Assembly (NCBI GenBank): GCA_965649265.1 | Contig: CBFGKC010000002.1 | Location: 107,100-171,099, forward strand | Direction: 5' to 3' | From: a candidate division WOR-3 bacterium | GTDB taxonomy: Bacteria > Hydrothermota > Tepidihabitantia > B3-TA06 | Length of the DNA stretch: 64,000 nucleotides | Position numbers and translations under genes: made by a program | Notes under the pieces: model-generated | The model's database searches: none | What the model was told of the DNA's origin: nothing | Seen by the model: the letters and a program-made list of their open reading frames with translations, nothing else | In this document: positions 18,184 to 26,947 of the stretch, piece after piece | How the letters are laid out: the number at the start of each line of letters is the position of its first letter | Numbering within the stretch: the stretch's first letter is position 1

Positions 18184-18843
18184 CTATCTTCCGAAACACC
18201 GTTTCATTCTGCGGTACAATCTTTTGGCGACGTAAACCGGTGACACTTTTCCGCGGGTTTTAAAGATACGTTGAGAGAATGACGGTTCGAAATCACCGAT
18301 TACCCCGAAACATGCAAACCAGCCGTCGATGCGTATTATCTTTTTCAAATCGATGAACCTGTAATAGCGATTGCTTACTTCCTGCTCTGAAAGGAACTTC
18401 CTTACGTGAGAGGGATCATCGAACATCGGAACACTGAACGCAATAGATGCACCTTTTTTAAGTTTTCTTATCACACCGATATCGTCTTTTATGTGCTCCA
18501 GCACTTCCAGTGCCACGATCACGTTGTAATCCTTTTCGAAGGACCCCGGGGCGGTAGCATCGCCGATTTCAAAGGACTGGTTTACGTTCTTCCTGGCGAT
18601 CTCGATCGCCTCCCTGCTGAAATCGAACCCTGTATACTCCCTGTAACCCTCTTCGAAAAGGTAGTGGGCAAACTGACCGCTCCCGCAGCCTATTTCGAGA
18701 ATCTGCGGATTTGGAACTTTCTTTATGAATTGAAGAATCTGTGTCCAGAGGACGTAGTAAGGCGATTCTTTGAAATGGAGATTATATATATCCGAACTGG
18801 CGAACATCTTATCATAATAATCCGAACCTTGAACCTTTCCCAT
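18184..18843 (-). CDS. Class I SAM-dependent methyltransferase
   Basis: ILEIGCGSG, GFDFS and EVLEHI motifs. Confidence 0.88.
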   Translation of the reverse strand: MGKVQGSDYYDKMFASSDIYNLHFKESPYYVLWTQILQFIKKVPNPQILEIGCGSGQFAHYLFEEGYREYTGFDFSREAIEIARKNVNQSFEIGDATAPGSFEKDYNVIVALEVLEHIKDDIGVIRKLKKGASIAFSVPMFDDPSHVRKFLSEQEVSNRYYRFIDLKKIIRIDGWFACFGVIGDFEPSFSQRIFKTRGKVSPVYVAKRLYRRMKRCFGR

Positions 18844-18992
18844 AGAATTACATTAACCACCTTTTGAAAGAAGTCAACACCTTTTATGGCTTAATGCCCT
18901 AATTTACTGCAAGTTGCGAAAGGAGACCTGCCTGGATCGTTTTTTTGCAGGGGTCTTTCTACCTTAAGTCGGTAAAGTTGATACTACTCTGG

Positions 18993-19018
18993 AAAGGCCA
19001 GCCTTTTGGCTGGCCTTC
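18993..19018 (-). terminator. Terminator after nfnB
   Basis: AAGGCCAGCC-tttt-GGCTGGCCTT perfect stem. Confidence 0.7.
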
Positions 19019-19066
19019 AAATTTCTTACCTGCGATCTTTTCGGCGTCAGCCGAAAAGGAGCATTA

Positions 19067-20467
19067 CTACCACGTGCCAGTGGTCAGATACTCATGCATG
19101 GAGCGGGCGGCCTTGCGTCCTGCGCCCATGGCAAGAATCACGGTCGCGGCACCCGTCACGATGTCGCCGCCGGCCCACACAGCCTTCTTGGTGGTCTTGC
19201 CGGTCTCTGTATCGGCAACGATGTAGCCCCACTTGTTGGTCTCTAGCCCGGGAGTGGTGCCGGGAACCAGCGGGTTCGCGCCGTTGCCTATCGCGACCAC
19301 GACGGTATCCACGTCCATCTTGTACTCGGAACCTTCCACGGGGACGGGACGACGCCGGCCGGATGCGTCGGGCTCGCCGAGTTCCATCTTGAGAAGTTCG
19401 ACCTGACGAACGCGGCCCGCGTCATCACCGATGTAGCGGACTGGGTTGACGAGGAACTGGAAGATGACCCCCTCCTCCTCCGCGTTCTCGACCTCCTCGG
19501 CGCGCGCGGGAAGCTCCTGGCGCGAGCGGCGGTAGATTATGTAGGCTTCCTTCGCGCCCATGCGCAGCGAGGAACGCACTGCGTCCATTGCAACGTTTCC
19601 GCCGCCGACGACCACGACGCGGTCGCCCACACGGATAGGAGTGTCGTACTCTGGGAAAAGGTAGGCCTTCATGAGGTTGATGCGGGTGAGGTACTCGTTG
19701 GCCGAGTAAACGCCCGCAAGGTTCTCGCCGGGGATGTTCATGAACCAGGGAAGTCCTGCGCCGAGTCCGAGATAGACGGCCTCATATCCCTGAGAGAAGA
19801 GCTCGTCCACCGTGGCGGTGCGTCCGGCGACAAAGTCGGAGACTATCTCGACGTCAATTTTCGAGAGAAGATCGCACTCGCGCGCTACGATGGACTTGGG
19901 AAGACGGAACTCGGGGATGCCGTAAACGAGCACGCCGCCAGGCTTGTGAAGGGCCTCGAAGAGCGTGACCTTGTGGCCGAGCTTGGCGAGGTCCGCGGCG
20001 ACGGTGAGGCCTCCCGGTCCGGAGCCTACCACGGCGACCTTGTGTCCTGTGGCAGCGGCGACCGGTGGAACGCTCGTTTTACCCTGTTTAATCTCCCAGT
20101 CGGCCACGAAGCGCTCGAGGCGACCTATGGCGACGGGTTCGAATTTCTTTCCGAGCACGCAGAGCTTTTCGCACTGCTCCTCCTGGGGGCACACGCGGCC
20201 GCATACGCCGGGCAAAAGGTTGGTTTCCCGGATCTTCGCGAGCGCTTGCTCGAAATTTCCTTCCTTTACGAACTTGATGAATGCGGGAATGTCTATTTCG
20301 ACCGGGCAGCCCTGCACGCAGAAGGGTTTCTTGCATGCGATGCAGCGTTCGGCCTCGAGCTTGGCAAGTTCGGGCGTGTAGCCGAGCGCGACTTCGTTAA
20401 AATTCTTGCGGCGCTCCTCGGGCTTCTGCTTCGGGATATCCTGGCGCGGGATGTTCGCGTTAGCCAT
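19067..20467 (-). CDS. nfnB: NADH-dependent reduced ferredoxin:NADP oxidoreductase large subunit (NfnB/SudA, GltD-like)
   Basis: RCIACKKPFCVQGCP, CGRVCPQEEQC, GSGPGG, YGIPEFRLP, GGGNVAMD and GGDIVTGAATVILAMG; true start MANA at 20467. Confidence 0.92.
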   Translation of the reverse strand: MANANIPRQDIPKQKPEERRKNFNEVALGYTPELAKLEAERCIACKKPFCVQGCPVEIDIPAFIKFVKEGNFEQALAKIRETNLLPGVCGRVCPQEEQCEKLCVLGKKFEPVAIGRLERFVADWEIKQGKTSVPPVAAATGHKVAVVGSGPGGLTVAADLAKLGHKVTLFEALHKPGGVLVYGIPEFRLPKSIVARECDLLSKIDVEIVSDFVAGRTATVDELFSQGYEAVYLGLGAGLPWFMNIPGENLAGVYSANEYLTRINLMKAYLFPEYDTPIRVGDRVVVVGGGNVAMDAVRSSLRMGAKEAYIIYRRSRQELPARAEEVENAEEEGVIFQFLVNPVRYIGDDAGRVRQVELLKMELGEPDASGRRRPVPVEGSEYKMDVDTVVVAIGNGANPLVPGTTPGLETNKWGYIVADTETGKTTKKAVWAGGDIVTGAATVILAMGAGRKAARSMHEYLTTGTW

Positions 20468-21314
20468 TTTGACCTCCCAGCCCTCCAACCGCTGCCTGGT
20501 AGCGGTCGAAGGAGATTTTCTCCTCGGCCTTGAAGGCGGCCAGACGTTTGAGCATGAGATCGAAGTTGACCTGGTGTCCGTCGAATTCGGGGCCGTGCAC
20601 GCAGGCGTAACGGGTTTCTCCACCGACTTCGACACGGCAGACGCCGCACATGCCGGTCGCGTCAATCATGATGGCGTTGAGCGACACGAGTGTCTTTACC
20701 CCGTAGTGCTTTGTGAGATCGCAGACTACCTTCATCATTATGGCGGGGCCGACGGCGATTATCTCGGCAATCTTGCGGCCCTTGTCCAGATGCTCCTTGA
20801 GTTCGGTAGTGACGAACCCCTCGCGTCCGTAGGTTCCGTCGTCGGTCGTGATGTAGACCTCATCGCAGAAGGAACGGAACTCCTCCTCAAGGATGACGAT
20901 ATCCTTGGAGCGGTAGCCCAGGATCGCCACCACCTTGTTGCCGGCCTCTCTGTGCTTGCGCGCTATGGGCAGAACCTCCGCCGCGCCCACGCCGCCCGCG
21001 ACCACGAAGACGTCGCCTTCCAGTTTGTGTATGGGGGTGGGCAGTCCCAGGGGACCCACGACGTCGGCGATCTCATCGCCGGCGTTGAGTTTGCCCATCT
21101 CGAAGGTGGTCTTGCCGAGCTCCTGCACGTAGACGGTTATGGTGCCTTTCTCGGGGTCCGAATCGGCTATGGTTATGGGAATGCGTTCGCCCTTCTCGTG
21201 AAGGCGAAACACGACGAACTGGCCCGGCTCGCGCTTTTTCGCGATGAGGGGGGCTTCGATAACGAAGCGGTTAACAACAGGGTTTACTCTTTCACGCTCA
21301 ACTATACGGAACAT
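20460..21314 (-). CDS. nfnA: NfnA/SudB FAD/NAD-binding 2Fe-2S subunit
   Basis: PGQFV, GERIPITIAD, GPLG and DATGMCGVCRV..CVHGPEF; promoter TTGACA-16-TATAAT at 21340-21367. Confidence 0.93.
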   Translation of the reverse strand: MFRIVERERVNPVVNRFVIEAPLIAKKREPGQFVVFRLHEKGERIPITIADSDPEKGTITVYVQELGKTTFEMGKLNAGDEIADVVGPLGLPTPIHKLEGDVFVVAGGVGAAEVLPIARKHREAGNKVVAILGYRSKDIVILEEEFRSFCDEVYITTDDGTYGREGFVTTELKEHLDKGRKIAEIIAVGPAIMMKVVCDLTKHYGVKTLVSLNAIMIDATGMCGVCRVEVGGETRYACVHGPEFDGHQVNFDLMLKRLAAFKAEEKISFDRYQAAVGGLGGQNG

Positions 21315-21481
21315 AGGCCTCCTTAGCTCAAAGTTTTGGATTATATTTGAGAGGAGGGGTGTGTCAATGAGTATTTTGCCCCATGAAAATTTTCCGGAGT
21401 TTTAGTGGGCCCTCTTCCCCGGACTGATATAAAGAAAGCCGACCTCAAGCATAAAGTTAAGGTCGGCTCTTTGAAAATCGT

Positions 21482-22846
21482 TTAAAAGTCGATAGCTACG
21501 ATTCCGGAAGCGGCGTTCTGAGTACCTACAACAATCTCAGGAAGGTTGTCGCCATCTATGTCACCTACCGCAGGGGAGGAATAAATGGCCGCACCCAAAT
21601 AATAGGTAAGAGTGTAAAGAATCTTATATTGAGAAGATGAGAAAAGTCTTCCTCCCATTAGGACGTAGACGTTGCCGTCGTAAGAACCGATAGCTACATC
21701 GGGGTAACCATTCCCGTCGAAATCGGCTATCGCGGGAGAGGAAATTACGTCATTCCCAGTGGGAAATGTCCATAACGTGCTGGAATAGCCGTTACCATCT
21801 ATCGCATAAACCGTGTTATCGTAAGAACCTACGACTACATCAAGATAAGTGTCCTGATTCAAATCTGCAATGGCGGGCGTGGTGTATACTATCTGGCCGG
21901 TATTGAAAGACGTTAAGAATGAACCATCGCTTCCGTTAAGGAAATAAACTTTGCCGTCGTCACAACCGACAACCACTTCAAATGTACCTGGCCCGTTCAA
22001 GTTCAGGTCCGCAAGCGCCGGCGCTGACCGCACCGGTTTTGGATTCGTCGGGTCCAACGTTCTAGTCCATAGAAGGTAACCATTAGCATCCAGACAATAG
22101 ACCTTTCCACCCAGGTTTCCAAACACAATCTCCAGGCCTGCTGAATAGGGAACCACATCTCCTACAGCCGCAGACATTCCCAACGCTGAACCCGTGGGAT
22201 AGGGCCAGGGGGAAGGCAAGGAACTACCAGTAGCCGCATCTATTAAATGCAGCTTACCGTCATGTGAACCGACAACGACTTCCATTTTTCCAGTTAGATC
22301 TTGATCGATATTCGCGAGTTTGGGCGAAGACCAAACCTCATTACTGGTGGTATAAGGCCAGCCTGATAAGGGACTGCCGGTAGCTGCATTGAAGCCATAA
22401 ACTTTATTGTCGCCGCAACCAATGAACAATCCTATTACACCGGGATTTACTTTACATACCACGGGAGAAGACACCAGGTAGCCGTTTGGAAATTTTAGAG
22501 GGTTAGGAGGCCAAGTAGAAACAATCTTAAAAATACCAGGCGGATCGTATGTCAGCGCGTATAACCTGCCACCCTGGTTCGGCTTGGTGCCAATCCTTGT
22601 TCCAAAGAATATCTCGCACGCGTTGTCAGTGTCAACGTCGTAAAGAGCTGGAGATGACATCACTAAACCGTCGGTTGCATATGCTGCGGGTTGCTTGAGA
22701 GGACCACTCATTGGACTCACTCCCGTGTTTTGTTGATCGGCGTGAAACATAGGCCAGTTTTGTGCAGAACCTTGTACCCCCAGAAACGCCAAAAGAAGCG
22801 CGCAAAATGGGATACAGCGGGTTTTTAGGAATAGTTTTAGAGGCAT
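21482..22846 (-). CDS. Secreted beta-propeller protein (PQQ/FG-GAP-like repeats)
   Basis: Signal peptide, WPMFH, repeated SSPA(I/V)xDxDGDxxxEVVVG units. Confidence 0.85.
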   Translation of the reverse strand: MPLKLFLKTRCIPFCALLLAFLGVQGSAQNWPMFHADQQNTGVSPMSGPLKQPAAYATDGLVMSSPALYDVDTDNACEIFFGTRIGTKPNQGGRLYALTYDPPGIFKIVSTWPPNPLKFPNGYLVSSPVVCKVNPGVIGLFIGCGDNKVYGFNAATGSPLSGWPYTTSNEVWSSPKLANIDQDLTGKMEVVVGSHDGKLHLIDAATGSSLPSPWPYPTGSALGMSAAVGDVVPYSAGLEIVFGNLGGKVYCLDANGYLLWTRTLDPTNPKPVRSAPALADLNLNGPGTFEVVVGCDDGKVYFLNGSDGSFLTSFNTGQIVYTTPAIADLNQDTYLDVVVGSYDNTVYAIDGNGYSSTLWTFPTGNDVISSPAIADFDGNGYPDVAIGSYDGNVYVLMGGRLFSSSQYKILYTLTYYLGAAIYSSPAVGDIDGDNLPEIVVGTQNAASGIVAIDF

Positions 22847-23083
22847 TATGCCCTCCTGGTTTTAGTTTGACTAATTAATTGTAAAAAAAGAATCATTAAC
22901 GTCAAGCCTTATTCTGTTAGAAGAAACTGCCCCCCTCTCCCTCTCTTGTTTAGCGGCACATTCACTTCGTGAATAGATTGCTTCGATTGCACGGTGCAAT
23001 CTCGCAAAGACATAACAATGACGTTGGAGGGCTGAGGGGGGCAGTTTACTTGACGGCAAGGCTATCGTCATATAGAATACATC

Positions 23084-24076
23084 ATGAGAGTTGGAATCAT
23101 CGGTGCAACAGGCCTCGTGGGCCGCACGACGTTGAGGATTCTGGAGGAGCGCGCGTTTCCCGTTTCGGAGCTTACCTTATTCGCATCTGAACGAAGCGAG
23201 GGCGAGAAGATAGAATTCAAGGGCAAGGAGTATGAGGTACGGGCGATCCACGACAACTGGGATTTGACCGCGGACGTATTCTTTGCCTCGGTTTCGGACG
23301 ATCAGACGAGGCCGATTCTCGAGGGTTACAAGGGCGAGGCGTGGGTTATTGACAAGTCCAAGGTGTTCAGGATGGACCCTGAGGTCCCCCTGGTGGTGCC
23401 GGAGGTAAACGCGGACGCTTTGAAGGATGCCGGGAGGAGGATAGTGGCGAACCCGAACTGCACGACGATACCGTTCGTCATGGCGATTGCGGCCGTCAGA
23501 AAAGTGGCGAATCCCGCAAGGACGGTGGTTACGAGCCTTCAGTCGGTCTCAGGCGCAGGCAAGGACGCGCTCGGAGAGTTGAGATTACAGCGGGAGTACG
23601 CGGCGACAGGCGATGAGATTCCCCAGGATGCGAGAAAAGTCTTTCCGAAGACGATTGCCGCGAACGTGGTGCCCCAGATAGGCTCGTTTGCGGAATCGGG
23701 CGAGACGGGCGAGGAGGCGAAGCTGAGGGAGGAGAGCCGCAAGATTCTGTCGGACTACATGTTGAGGATTTACGGAACTTGCGTGAGAGTACCTGTGGAG
23801 GTGGGACATTCGTTATCGGTGACGTGCGAGTTCGAGGAGGAGGTGGAGATTGGCGCGATAAGGGATTCTTTTGCTGGTTTTCCGGGAATGAAGATGGACG
23901 AGGGTAATGAGTACATTACACCCATCGAAGCAGCCGGCAAGGATGAGGTTTTTTGCTCCAGATTGAGATATGATGTTGAAGACAGGAGGGTTATACATTT
24001 CTGGCTGGTTTCGGACAATTTGAGGAAGGGCGCGGCCCTGAACGCGATTCAGATTGCGGAAAGATTGCTTTCTTGA
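23084..24076 (+). CDS. asd: Aspartate-semialdehyde dehydrogenase
   Basis: GATGLVG, PLVVPEVN, ANPNCTT, QSVSGAG, CVRVPV and DNLRKGAALNA; leaderless promoter at 23050-23078. Confidence 0.96.
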   Translation: MRVGIIGATGLVGRTTLRILEERAFPVSELTLFASERSEGEKIEFKGKEYEVRAIHDNWDLTADVFFASVSDDQTRPILEGYKGEAWVIDKSKVFRMDPEVPLVVPEVNADALKDAGRRIVANPNCTTIPFVMAIAAVRKVANPARTVVTSLQSVSGAGKDALGELRLQREYAATGDEIPQDARKVFPKTIAANVVPQIGSFAESGETGEEAKLREESRKILSDYMLRIYGTCVRVPVEVGHSLSVTCEFEEEVEIGAIRDSFAGFPGMKMDEGNEYITPIEAAGKDEVFCSRLRYDVEDRRVIHFWLVSDNLRKGAALNAIQIAERLLS

Positions 24077-24589
24077 ATACTTAACTGGAGATTTGCTAAC
24101 GGAGGGGTTTATGACGAACGGTTTACCTTTCCACAAGATATTTTTTGAAAAGACTTACGTGGCGGCAAGAACGCAATCACGATCGAACTACATGGAATAA
24201 ATATGTTAATCGCCCTTTACAATATCGAGTTCATTCCGGCACTACGGATATCAATCGGGATATTTAAGCAATTTCGACAATTTAAATTGTTAATAAATCG
24301 TATCTATATGTGAATTGCTTTGCAATATATATTAATTTGAATATTAGAAAGCACTAAACAACTCCAACAGAGTTGCATTTTTAATACTTACGGATATAAT
24401 TATATTATAAGCACATTAATATCTCAAAGGTACTACAGATTCAAGAATTTACTATTTATACGCATCAGCGATATTTGAATGCATTGTTTTGACTAATGAA
24501 TTATCCAGTTGTACGCTTAAAGATATTAAAACACGTCAATTTCACTTCTTACCTCTTGACAACATTTTACAACTACGTATACTTTTTCC

Positions 24590-25519
24590 ATGCTCAGGCG
24601 TGTCAATTTACTTATAGATTATGGCTCCCAAGATAAGGTGGTTCGCCTCTCTCTTGCGCCCTGGTTATTGTGGGTGATAGTACCCGCCTTCGTTCTGTTC
24701 ATCGGAAGCGCAATATACTCAATTATTTCTCGCGCAAAAATCGAAGTTGACAGGCAGGCGCTGGTTCAACTGCGCAAGGAAAACAAACTTCTCGAAAGGC
24801 AGTACGAAAATCTCAAGACCCAGATTGATTCGCTCAACACAACCCTTGCATTCATCGGCCGCCACGACCTGGAACTCCGCGTTCAATCTAACATGGACGT
24901 ACTCCCTGAGGACGCGCGCAAGCTTGGTGTGGGCGGTCAGAGCAAGGAAGGTCCTCAACTCGAGGGACTGAGCGAAATGCACAGCGCGAAATACCGCAGC
25001 GTTTCCGAAATATCGGGCGCCGTTGACGAACTCCTGCGCAAGGCTAAATACCAGAGGGAAAGCTTTGAAAACATTGAGGTCAAACTCAAGGATGACGCGT
25101 TTCTGCGCGATCACACGCCTTCGATACTGCCGACCAACGGCTGGCAGTGCTCGGGCTTCGGGTACCGCATAGATCCCTTCACTGGAATGGTGCGTGAGCA
25201 CAAGGGAGTCGATATTTCTAACGCCGCAGGAACCCCAATCGTCTCGCCCGCGAACGGCGTGGTGTGCTACACAGGGGTAAAGTCCGGATACGGGCTTTGC
25301 GTTGAGATTGATCACGGCAACCAGATATCCTCTTTCTTCGGCCACCTTTCGGGGATCTACGTAAAGAACGGGCAGCAGGTAACGAGGGGTGAAGTTGTCG
25401 CAGCAATGGGAGCCACCGGACGCACGACCGGTACGCATCTGCATTACGAGGTTCACGTAGCCGGCAGGCCGGTCAACCCGTTGAATTACGTTATTGATTC
25501 CGAACACATCACCGATTGA
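24590..25519 (+). CDS. M23 family metallopeptidase with N-terminal TM and coiled coil
   Basis: HKGVD and TGTHLHYEV motifs; leaderless (TTGACA-16-TATACT-6nt-ATG). Confidence 0.92.
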   Translation: MLRRVNLLIDYGSQDKVVRLSLAPWLLWVIVPAFVLFIGSAIYSIISRAKIEVDRQALVQLRKENKLLERQYENLKTQIDSLNTTLAFIGRHDLELRVQSNMDVLPEDARKLGVGGQSKEGPQLEGLSEMHSAKYRSVSEISGAVDELLRKAKYQRESFENIEVKLKDDAFLRDHTPSILPTNGWQCSGFGYRIDPFTGMVREHKGVDISNAAGTPIVSPANGVVCYTGVKSGYGLCVEIDHGNQISSFFGHLSGIYVKNGQQVTRGEVVAAMGATGRTTGTHLHYEVHVAGRPVNPLNYVIDSEHITD

Positions 25520-25564
25520 CGCGGTGCTCCGTAAGAATTCCAAATATCCAGAGGAGAAAGACGC

Positions 25565-26215
25565 GTGAACGAGAGAAAAGCTGCGGAAAAATTTGATAAA
25601 CGAACGTCTTCCGCTACCGGCGCAACAAGGGAACCTCGAAAAAAGTCTCTGCCCGATGATTCCGGCAATGCCGCGCCTCAACGCAAATGGGCTCCACTCA
25701 GCCAATGGATCATTGCGGTAGCGGTCGGAGCCGGAATAATCCTGATTGACCAGATCTCGAAATTGATCGTGGTAAAGAGTATCCCCATCTATTCGTGGAT
25801 CACGCTGATAAACCCCTTCCTCAAGTTGACATATGCTCAGAACGACGTCGGTATCTTCAGCCTCTCGTTCGGCCCAAGCTTTCTCTACATCATCCTCCCT
25901 CTATTTGCAGTGGGCTTTGTCATTTACCTTCTTCTGAGACCTCAACCCCGCTTCGTTATCGTACTTCTGGGAATGATACTGGGCGGCGGGTTAGGAAATT
26001 TCATAGACAGGGTACGCCTGGGTTACGTCGTGGACTGGATAAGCATGGGGCTGCGCAACTGGCGCTGGGCAACCTTCAACATTGCCGATTCGTCGGTTGT
26101 CGTCGCCGTTATCCTTTTGTTGATAGTGGAGCTTTTCTTCTCAAAGACAAAATCCCCATCAGTAACACCTTCAAAAGAATCCCTTGAAGACAAAGACAAC
26201 AGGTTAAAGAAGTGA
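25565..26215 (+). CDS. lspA: Lipoprotein signal peptidase II, paralogue 1
   Basis: DQISK, GGLGNFIDR, VVDWI and FNIAD. Confidence 0.92.
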   Translation: MNERKAAEKFDKRTSSATGATREPRKKSLPDDSGNAAPQRKWAPLSQWIIAVAVGAGIILIDQISKLIVVKSIPIYSWITLINPFLKLTYAQNDVGIFSLSFGPSFLYIILPLFAVGFVIYLLLRPQPRFVIVLLGMILGGGLGNFIDRVRLGYVVDWISMGLRNWRWATFNIADSSVVVAVILLLIVELFFSKTKSPSVTPSKESLEDKDNRLKK

Positions 26216-26874
26216 AAAGAAAATCATCCGACGCAACAAATGGAAAAAACGATGCCGCGATTTCGTCCGGGCGCTCCGTGACTGAAAAGGTTAAAGAAGC
26301 ACCATCCGGCAAGACACCCCCTCCCCCTCCCGATCATCAGGAAAATACACAACCGGCAAAGCGGCGCTGGGCTTCGTTGAGTCAATGGCTCATCGCCCTT
26401 GTCGCAGCCCTGGCCGTGATCGTTATTGACCAGATTTCCAAACTCATTGTCACAAATAACATCCCCTTGAACTCGACCGTCACCCTGATCCCCGACGTGC
26501 TGAACCTGACCTTTGTCCGCAACTTCCACGGGATCTTCAGCCTTAATTACGGGCCGAGGTTCATGTACATACTGCTCCCCCTTCTTGCCCTCTGCTTCGT
26601 CGTGTTTTTGATAGCAAAGCCCCAAACACGCTTCATGACCGTGCTCCTCGGGATTATCCTGGGTGGAGGCCTCGGAAACAATCTCATAGACAGACCCAGG
26701 CTCGGTTACGTCGTGGACTGGATAAGCATGGGGTTCAAAAATTGGCGCTGGGCCACTTATAACCTGGCCGATCTGTCCGTCATCATATCGGTGATACTTT
26801 TGCTGATTCTTGAGTTCTTCTTCTCAAGGGAAAAAACTTCTCACGCGCAAGAAAAAACCGAAATAACCCCATAA
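26212..26874 (+). CDS. lspA: Lipoprotein signal peptidase II, paralogue 2
   Basis: DQISK, GGLGNNLIDR, VVDWI and YNLAD. Confidence 0.9.
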   Translation: MKRKSSDATNGKNDAAISSGRSVTEKVKEAPSGKTPPPPPDHQENTQPAKRRWASLSQWLIALVAALAVIVIDQISKLIVTNNIPLNSTVTLIPDVLNLTFVRNFHGIFSLNYGPRFMYILLPLLALCFVVFLIAKPQTRFMTVLLGIILGGGLGNNLIDRPRLGYVVDWISMGFKNWRWATYNLADLSVIISVILLLILEFFFSREKTSHAQEKTEITP

Positions 26875-26902
26875 TCCCCAGCCGACAACGCGGTAACAAA
26901 AG

Positions 26903-26931
26903 AAAGGCCGCTTGCGCGGCCCTTCAATTTT
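26903..26931. terminator. Bidirectional terminator
   Basis: GGCCGC-ttgc-GCGGCC with A-tract and T-tract flanks, between convergent genes. Confidence 0.65.
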
Positions 26932-26947
26932 GTTGACGTTGAATTCT

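Noticed and set aside
19067-20665. Glutamate synthase small subunit with a long N-terminal extension
   Set aside because: The extension overlaps nfnA, there is no gltB, and pairing with an NfnA-type gene indicates NfnAB/SudAB.
20406-21326. 306-aa + strand ORF
   Set aside because: Antisense shadow of nfnA caused by GC-rich codon bias.
24077-24555. Replication origin
   Set aside because: AT-rich, but without a cluster of TTATCCACA boxes or dnaA/dnaN/gidA context.
24719-25705. 328-aa - strand ORF
   Set aside because: Antisense shadow of the M23 peptidase.
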